From the NCBI RefSeq assembly GCF_025021925.1, contig NZ_CP092368.1, positions 300,001-332,000 on the forward strand: a stretch of DNA of 32,000 nucleotides, in the 5' to 3' direction. The DNA is from Candidatus Saccharimonadota bacterium (GTDB lineage Bacteria > Pseudomonadota > Alphaproteobacteria > Rickettsiales > Anaplasmataceae). The notes under the pieces are model-generated. The model did not search any database. It was not told the DNA's origin and worked only from the letters and a program-made list of their open reading frames with translations. This document shows, piece after piece, positions 19,653-32,000 of the stretch (positions are counted from its first letter, which is position 1; each line of letters opens with the position of its first letter). The translations under genes and the position numbers were made by a program.

Positions 19653-21725
19653 ATGGAACTAAAAATATCTCAATACAGAAATATAGGCATTATGGCCCAT
19701 ATAGATGCTGGTAAAACCACTACAACAGAACGCATCTTATTCTATACTGGTAAGCAGAATAGAATAGGCGAAGTACATGATGGCACTACTTCAATGGATT
19801 GGATGGAACAAGAAAAAGAGCGTGGAATTACCATCACATCTGCTGCAACTACATGTTTTTGGAATGATCATAGAATTAATATCATTGATACTCCAGGTCA
19901 CGTAGATTTTACTATTGAAGTAGAAAGATCTTTAAGAATATTAGATGGTGCAATTGCAATCTTTGATGGAGTTGCGGGAGTGGAGCCTCAATCTGAAACG
20001 GTATGGCAGCAAGCTGATAAATATCAAGTACCTCGTATATGCTTTATCAATAAAATGGATAGAATAGGTGCAGATTTTCACAGATGTGTCAGAATGATCA
20101 AGACAAAATTAGGCGCTACACCTTTAATCCTACAGCTTCCAATAGGAAATGAGAAAGAATTCAAGGGTGTGATTGATCTTTTATCTATGCAAGCTATTCT
20201 TTGGAAAGAAGAAACTTTAGGTGCCCAATTCTTTTTTGAAAATATTCCTGCTCATCTTATTGATATAGCACAAGAATATCGGAATCTTTTATTAGATTCT
20301 GCAGCTGAATTGGATGATGAGGCAATAAAGACATATTTTCAATACAATGATCTCTCAATAGAGTTATTAAAGTCATGCATAAGACAAGGAGTGATTAAAG
20401 GAAAATTTGTTCCTGTATTGTGTGGTTCATCCTTTAAAAACAAAGGAGTACAACCTCTCTTAGATGCCGTAGTAGATTTTTTACCTTCTCCAATTGATAC
20501 AAAAAGCATTATTGGTATTCATCCTAAGGAATTAAATAAAAAAATTGAAATTCAACCTTCTGAAAAAGAAAATTTTGTTGCTTTAGCTTTTAAAGTCATG
20601 ACAGATAAGTTTGTCGGTAATTTAACATTTATTCGCATTTATTCTGGTTATTTAAAATCTAAGTCCATTATTTTAAATGCCACACGAAATATCACTGAAA
20701 ATATTGGCAGAATGTTATTAATGCATGCCAATAATAGAGAAGATATAAGTACAGCAAAAGCTGGTGATATCATAGCATTAGTAGGACTGAAAAACACAAT
20801 GACTGGTGATACTTTATGTATCTCTGATTTTCCTATATTATTAGAGAGAATAGACTGTCCCGAACCTGTCATTGAACTGGCTGTAGAACCTAAGAATAAT
20901 TCAGATCAAGAAAAATTAGGTATTGCTTTACATAGATTAGTAGCAGAAGATCCATCTCTCAGATTATCAGTAAATGAAGAAAGTGGTCAGACTATATTAA
21001 AGGGAATGGGTGAATTACATCTTGAAATTATTACTGATAGAATAAAACGTGAATTTAATGTGGATGTATATACTGGTGCACCACAAGTAGCATATCGTGA
21101 GACTATTACTAAAGCCATAGAGATTGATTATACTCATAAAAAACAATCAGGTGGTGCGGGACAATTTGCTAAGATAAAAATAAAATTTGAGCCTCTTGAA
21201 TCTGGAACAGGATTTCAATTTGAGAGTAAAATTGTAGGAGGAGCCATTCCAAAAGAATATATTCCTGGTGTACAAAATGGTTTAGAAATGATAAAAGAAG
21301 GTGGGATTGTTTCTGGTTTTCCACTAATTGATTTTAAAGCTACGTTAATTGATGGAGCATTTCATGAAGTGGATTCTAGTCCTTTAGCTTTTGAACTTGC
21401 TGCTAAAGGAGCTTTTAAAGAAATGGCATTTAAAGCTATTCCAAAGATCTTAGAACCAATCATGAAGCTTGAAATTATTACCCCTGAAGAATATATGGGT
21501 GATATCATAGGAGATATAAATAGTAGAAGAGGTCAGATTTCAAGCATAGAATCACGTAATAATAGTACTATTATACTTGCTTCAGCACCTCTTGCTAATA
21601 TGTTTGGATATATCAATATATTACGATCTATATCTCAAGGTAGAGCTCAATATAGCATGCATTTTTCTTGTTATGAACAAGTTCCACAACATATTTTTGA
21701 TGAATTAAAATTAAAGTATAATTAG
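19653..21725 (+). CDS. fusA: Elongation factor G
   Basis: [54 protein letters not shown], and GELHLEI. The ATG at 19653 ([10 protein letters not shown]) is preferred over the TTG at 19641. Confidence 0.97.
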   Translation: MELKISQYRNIGIMAHIDAGKTTTTERILFYTGKQNRIGEVHDGTTSMDWMEQEKERGITITSAATTCFWNDHRINIIDTPGHVDFTIEVERSLRILDGAIAIFDGVAGVEPQSETVWQQADKYQVPRICFINKMDRIGADFHRCVRMIKTKLGATPLILQLPIGNEKEFKGVIDLLSMQAILWKEETLGAQFFFENIPAHLIDIAQEYRNLLLDSAAELDDEAIKTYFQYNDLSIELLKSCIRQGVIKGKFVPVLCGSSFKNKGVQPLLDAVVDFLPSPIDTKSIIGIHPKELNKKIEIQPSEKENFVALAFKVMTDKFVGNLTFIRIYSGYLKSKSIILNATRNITENIGRMLLMHANNREDISTAKAGDIIALVGLKNTMTGDTLCISDFPILLERIDCPEPVIELAVEPKNNSDQEKLGIALHRLVAEDPSLRLSVNEESGQTILKGMGELHLEIITDRIKREFNVDVYTGAPQVAYRETITKAIEIDYTHKKQSGGAGQFAKIKIKFEPLESGTGFQFESKIVGGAIPKEYIPGVQNGLEMIKEGGIVSGFPLIDFKATLIDGAFHEVDSSPLAFELAAKGAFKEMAFKAIPKILEPIMKLEIITPEEYMGDIIGDINSRRGQISSIESRNNSTIILASAPLANMFGYINILRSISQGRAQYSMHFSCYEQVPQHIFDELKLKYN

Positions 21726-21743
21726 AAATTATCACAGGAGATT

Positions 21744-22916
21744 ATGACAAAAGTAGTAGAAGCATTTGGTAGACCACATATAAATGTAGGTACAATAGGA
21801 CATGTCGATCATGGAAAAACAACATTAACGGCAGCGATTACAAAGCACTATGGAAAGTTTGTAGCATATGATCAAATAGATAAAGCTCCTGAAGAAAGAA
21901 AAAGAGGGATCACAATCGCAACTGCACATGTAGAATATCAAACAGATAATAGACATTACGCTCATGTTGATTGTCCTGGACATGCTGATTACGTAAAGAA
22001 TATGATAGTAGGTGCTGCACAAATGGATGCTGCAATATTAGTAGTATCAGGAGTGGATGGTCCTATGCCTCAAACGAGAGAGCATATTCTACTTGCAAAA
22101 CAGGTCGGAGTAGGATATGTCGTAGTATATATCAATAAAGCTGATATCGCTGATCCTGATATGATTGATTTAGTAGAGATGGAGATTAGGGAATTATTAA
22201 GTAAATATGGATTTCCTGGAGATGATGTCCCAGTAATTGTAGGCTCAGCGTTACAAGCACTAGAAGACGTAGAGAATAAATATGGCAAAGAATCAATAGA
22301 TCACTTAATGACAAAATTAGATGCATATGTTCCTGTTCCACCACGCGCAGTAGAATTACCATTTTTATTACCAATTGAAGATGTGTTTTCGATTTCTGGA
22401 CGTGGTACAGTAGTAACTGGTAGAATAGAAAGAGGTGAAATAAAACCTGGTGAAGAAATAGAGATTATAGGGCTCAAAAGTACACAAAAAACAATATGTA
22501 CTGGTGTGGAAATGTTCAAGAAATTATTAGATAAAGGTAGCGCTGGTCTGAATGTAGGGATATTATTAAGAGGAATCAAGCGAGAAGAGGTAGAAAGAGG
22601 ACAAGTATTAGCAAAACCCGGTACAATAACTCCACATAAGAAATTTAAGGCAGAAGTTTATATATTAAAAAAAGAAGAAGGGGGAAGACATACACCATTT
22701 TTTGCAAACTATCAACCTCAATTTTATTTGAGAACCACTGATGTCACTGGTAGCATAAAATTACTATCAGGTAAAGAGATGGTGATGCCAGGGGATAATT
22801 TAGGTATAGAAGTAGAATTACAGGTACCTATAGCAATGGATCAAGGATTACGCTTTGCAATAAGAGAAGGAGGAAGAACCATTGGTTCTGGTATTGTTTC
22901 TGAGATATTGGAGTAA
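21744..22916 (+). CDS. tuf: Elongation factor Tu
   Basis: [35 protein letters not shown], and [14 protein letters not shown]; 390 aa. Confidence 0.97.
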   Translation: MTKVVEAFGRPHINVGTIGHVDHGKTTLTAAITKHYGKFVAYDQIDKAPEERKRGITIATAHVEYQTDNRHYAHVDCPGHADYVKNMIVGAAQMDAAILVVSGVDGPMPQTREHILLAKQVGVGYVVVYINKADIADPDMIDLVEMEIRELLSKYGFPGDDVPVIVGSALQALEDVENKYGKESIDHLMTKLDAYVPVPPRAVELPFLLPIEDVFSISGRGTVVTGRIERGEIKPGEEIEIIGLKSTQKTICTGVEMFKKLLDKGSAGLNVGILLRGIKREEVERGQVLAKPGTITPHKKFKAEVYILKKEEGGRHTPFFANYQPQFYLRTTDVTGSIKLLSGKEMVMPGDNLGIEVELQVPIAMDQGLRFAIREGGRTIGSGIVSEILE

Positions 22917-22937
22917 GAGGTGAGTTATAAAAAGCAT

Positions 22938-23010
22938 GGGAGTGTAGCTCAATTGGTAGAGTACTGGTCTCCAAAACCAGAGATTGTAGGTTCAAGTCCT
23001 ATCGCTCCTG
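22938..23010 (+). tRNA. trnW: tRNA-Trp (anticodon CCA)
   Basis: A 73-nt cloverleaf folded by hand: acceptor GGGAGTG/CGCTCCT (G1-U72 and U6-G67 wobbles), D arm GCTC-AATTGGTA-GAGT, anticodon arm CTGGT-CTCCAAA-ACCAG, T arm GTAGG-TTCAAGT-CCTAT, discriminator G. The 3' CCA is not encoded. It forms a local GC-rich island in the canonical tuf-trnW-secE position. Confidence 0.9.
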
Positions 23011-23030
23011 CATTATTGGTATCATACTAA

Positions 23031-23231
23031 ATGTTAAAAAGTTTTTACGTTTTTCTATATGAAATACGACAAGAAATGAAAAAGATAGTTTGGATCAAAA
23101 AACAAGAAGTTTTCTCTTCTTTATTGATGGTAATAATGATTATATTATGTTTCTCAACTTTCTTTTATTTTATAGATTTTTTATCTCTGTATATCATTAA
23201 GGCTTTATTTGGAATTGTTTATGGAAAATGA
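23031..23231 (+). CDS. secE: Preprotein translocase subunit SecE
   Basis: 66-aa single-TM ORF with EIRQEMKKIVWIKKQEV (compare SecE E.R.ELKKV.WP.R.E), in the conserved position ahead of nusG. Confidence 0.85.
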   Translation: MLKSFYVFLYEIRQEMKKIVWIKKQEVFSSLLMVIMIILCFSTFFYFIDFLSLYIIKALFGIVYGK

Positions 23232-24033
23232 ATATAAATGGTATGTCATTAAAGTAAATTATGGATGTGAACATAAAATTCAAGAATTGATAGATAGTAC
23301 GATATATTTTAAGGAAGTCTTTATTCCTTTTTCCTATCATATTACACATGCTATACAAGAACAATGTAATGCATACATACATATGAATTTATGTGATGAG
23401 AGTACAAAAATTTTAAGTCAGTATCATGTGGGTGATTTCACAGTGATATCAGAGAGTGAAATTCATCTTATACGTCAGGACTATAATAAAAATAAATGGT
23501 ATATTTTAAGAGTAGCTGCTAATTATGAAGAGAAGGTACGAAGACATATTTTAGAGAATACAACAAGATTAAGAATTAATCAGTATTTTAAGGAAGTATT
23601 TATTCCATATGATGAAATAAATGATTCTCAAACTAAATATAAAAAAAACCCTACACGCAAAAAGTGTTTTCCTGGTTATGTGTTTTTATATATCAATTTA
23701 TGTGATGAAGTATTAAATTTTATCAACAGCATACCAAAATCTCTTAAAGTATATGGATTTTTAAAAAATGGTCATGTGCCAAAAATCATTTCAGAAGATG
23801 AGATCTATTTAGTATGTCGTGCACTACGTAGCGCTCAAGAAGCAAAAAAATTAAGTTTTGGTTACGAAAAAGGCGAAAAGATCAAGATTAAAGAAGGTCT
23901 TTTTCAAAATTTTACTGGTAAAGTAGAGATGATAAATGAGGAAAAGAAAACTATGAATGTAGAAGTCTCAATTCTAGGCAAGCCTACATTAATAGAACTT
24001 GATTTATCTGAAGTAGACAAGATAGAGGATTAA
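23221..24033 (+). CDS. nusG: Transcription termination/antitermination factor NusG, elongated by an in-frame duplicated NGN-like domain
   Basis: The C-terminal two thirds is a standard NGN (KWYILRV...YFKEVFIP...FPGYVFLYINL...ISEDEIYLV) plus KOW (FGYEKGEKIKIKEGLFQNFTGKVEMINEEKKTMNVEVSILGKPTLIELDLSEVDKI). The first 86 or so codons repeat the NGN landmarks (KWYVIKV...YFKEVFIP...YIHMNLCDE...SESEIHLI). The ATG at 23221 overlaps the secE stop by 11 nt; the TTG at 23209 is the ORF-track alternative. Confidence 0.85.
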   Translation: MENEYKWYVIKVNYGCEHKIQELIDSTIYFKEVFIPFSYHITHAIQEQCNAYIHMNLCDESTKILSQYHVGDFTVISESEIHLIRQDYNKNKWYILRVAANYEEKVRRHILENTTRLRINQYFKEVFIPYDEINDSQTKYKKNPTRKKCFPGYVFLYINLCDEVLNFINSIPKSLKVYGFLKNGHVPKIISEDEIYLVCRALRSAQEAKKLSFGYEKGEKIKIKEGLFQNFTGKVEMINEEKKTMNVEVSILGKPTLIELDLSEVDKIED

Positions 24034-24037
24034 TACA

Positions 24038-24478
24038 ATGAGTGTTATAATTGCAAAGATTAATTTATTAATAGAAGCGGGTAAAGCAATTCCAGGTCCT
24101 AAGATTGCATCAGTACTTGGTCCAAGAGGTATTCCTATCCCTAAATTCTGCGCAACCTTTAATAAGGTTACAATGTCTAATCATACTAGTTATAAAGTAG
24201 GTGATTTAGTGACAGTACATATTTTTATAAAAGATGATCGATCATATGATTTTACTATCAGCGGTCCACCTGTCTCTTATTTACTCAAGCGAGATGCTAA
24301 TCTTAGTAAAAGTTCTAGCACTCCTGGTAAGGAATTAGTAGCTAAATTGCAAATGTCCACTATAATTAAGATAGCAAAATATAAAATGACTGATATGAAA
24401 GTTAATAATGAAAAATCAGCAGTAAAAATGGTAATAGGTACTGCTAAATCTATGGGTATAGAAGTTGTGGAAGACTAA
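24038..24478 (+). CDS. rplK: 50S ribosomal protein L11
   Basis: [36 protein letters not shown]... and C-terminal [16 protein letters not shown]; begins 4 nt after nusG. Confidence 0.95.
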   Translation: MSVIIAKINLLIEAGKAIPGPKIASVLGPRGIPIPKFCATFNKVTMSNHTSYKVGDLVTVHIFIKDDRSYDFTISGPPVSYLLKRDANLSKSSSTPGKELVAKLQMSTIIKIAKYKMTDMKVNNEKSAVKMVIGTAKSMGIEVVED

Positions 24479-24482
24479 ATTT

Positions 24483-25133
24483 ATGAACAAACATGGTAAT
24501 CTGATTAAAGATCTAGAACAAATTTTAGAATCATCATCAGCAAAGTTTATAGAATCTATTGATGTTGCAGTGAATTTACGTGTAGATACTCGTAAAACTG
24601 AAGAGCAAATACGTGGGACAGTAATTTTACCTAAAGGTATTGGTACAGCAATTAAAATTGCTGTATTTATTGACAAAGAGCATATAATAGAAGCTCAGAC
24701 ATCTGGTGCTGATATTGTTGGATCAGAAGATTTAGTAGAAGAAATAAAAAGGGGGAAAAAATTGGATGTTGATTGGTGCGTGACTACTCCTGATTTTATC
24801 AGACATATTACTCCTATTGCAAAAATATTAGGTGCTAAAGGTATTATGCCTAATCCTCAATTCAATACTGTAACTTCTGATGTGATCTCTACAATTAATA
24901 CTATTAAATCAGGTCAAATAAAATTTAGAACTGATAAAAATGGTATTATCCATGGCAAAATAGGTAATGCTAGTTTTGATACTAAAGATTTACTAGAGAA
25001 TTTACTGGCTTTGATTAAAGCAATTAAAGAAAAAAAACCTAATACCATAAAAGGTATATTCTTTAGAAGTATTTTTTTAAATACAACTATGGGGAAATCT
25101 TTAAAACTCAGTAAAATAGAAGATCTCATTTGA
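24483..25133 (+). CDS. rplA: 50S ribosomal protein L1
   Basis: [46 protein letters not shown], and [15 protein letters not shown]. The ATG at 24483 lies 4 nt after the rplK stop and is preferred over the TTG at 24465. Confidence 0.95.
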   Translation: MNKHGNLIKDLEQILESSSAKFIESIDVAVNLRVDTRKTEEQIRGTVILPKGIGTAIKIAVFIDKEHIIEAQTSGADIVGSEDLVEEIKRGKKLDVDWCVTTPDFIRHITPIAKILGAKGIMPNPQFNTVTSDVISTINTIKSGQIKFRTDKNGIIHGKIGNASFDTKDLLENLLALIKAIKEKKPNTIKGIFFRSIFLNTTMGKSLKLSKIEDLI

Positions 25134-25149
25134 TGGAGGAGTAATAGAT

Positions 25150-25680
25150 ATGAAGCGTAAAAATAAAGAAACATTAATACAAGCTATAGTCGATGTACTA
25201 ATAGCTAATGATTTTATTCTATTAATCAATTTTCATGGTATTAATGCTCATAATACATTACGCTTGCGAAATAGTATTAAAGATCTTGCAACTGGAGGCA
25301 TGCTAGTAGTAAAAAATACTTTAGCACGATTAGCTTTAGAGAGAACTAGTAGATTTCCTTATTTATTAGATAGATTTTCTGGTCCAGTGGCTATCATTCA
25401 TTCTAATAACTTAGTAGAAGTCACAAAATTAATAGTAAATTTTATTAACACTGATGTAAATCAAAAAAATCTTTCTATCATCTGCGGAGCTTATTTAAAT
25501 CGCTTGCTTACAGCAGAAGACGTTGAGAAACTAGCTAAGTTACCTACTCTAAACGATTTACGTATCAAAATCATGTGTTTGCTATCCTATAGTATTGCTA
25601 CTAGATTGGTAGCATGTCTTAGCTTGCCGTATATGCGTCTTATGAGGGTGTTAGATAATTATATACATTCTAAAAAGTAA
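25150..25680 (+). CDS. rplJ: 50S ribosomal protein L10
   Basis: 176-aa ORF between rplA and rplL with the L10 pattern (LRLRNSIKDLATGGMLVVKNTLARLAL...GPVAI), preceded by a GGAGG Shine-Dalgarno sequence. Confidence 0.9.
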   Translation: MKRKNKETLIQAIVDVLIANDFILLINFHGINAHNTLRLRNSIKDLATGGMLVVKNTLARLALERTSRFPYLLDRFSGPVAIIHSNNLVEVTKLIVNFINTDVNQKNLSIICGAYLNRLLTAEDVEKLAKLPTLNDLRIKIMCLLSYSIATRLVACLSLPYMRLMRVLDNYIHSKK

Positions 25681-25692
25681 ATTTGTTATTAA

Positions 25693-26112
<420 letters not shown>

Positions 26113-26169
26113 GGATTTTAATATCTATGACTTTATTCGTGATATGAATTTTAGTGTTTTTTTATATAG

Positions 26170-32000
<5,831 letters not shown>

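Noticed and set aside
21825-22579. Four minus-strand ORFs (62-92 aa) antisense to tuf.
   Set aside because: They are antisense shadows of a highly conserved CDS, with no start context and no family resemblance.

Overview
This window is gene-dense (about 91% coding) and very AT-rich (roughly 28-30% GC by eye). It holds core housekeeping genes from a reduced alphaproteobacterial endosymbiont. The GroEL sequence, the gene order and an in-frame rpoB-rpoC fusion all point to Anaplasmataceae, most like Wolbachia; this rests on my recollection of those proteins and needs a BLAST check. I support 29 CDS and one tRNA: ccmF (3' end), secF, yidC, nusB, infA, maf, an alanine/Na+ symporter, groES-groEL, ygfZ-like, sdhA, pyrC, a nitronate-monooxygenase-family gene, coaE, rnd and gltX. 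These are followed by one unbroken same-strand block of more than 13 kb: rpsL-rpsG-fusA-tuf-tRNA-Trp-secE-nusG-rplK-rplA-rplJ-rplL-rpoBC, which runs off the right edge. I found no mobile elements, prophage, CRISPR, toxin/defence, ankyrin or cif-like genes, and no evidence of a novel multi-gene system. The most interesting observations are: (1) nusG is about 270 aa because a degenerate second NGN domain is duplicated in frame ahead of the canonical NGN-KOW; (2) rpoB and rpoC form one continuous ORF, which is why the ORF track is empty there; (3) the str, secE-nusG, L11, L10 and rpoBC clusters are joined with almost no spacers, so the classical autoregulatory leaders have no room; (4) several intergenic spacers carry short local repeats, including an X-X'-X repeat upstream of infA, an 18-bp perfect tandem duplication next to a sigma32-like groES promoter, a triple TTGAC motif upstream of rpsL, and 20-bp-period repeats in a 509-bp spacer upstream of sdhA. 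All motif-level regulatory calls are low confidence.
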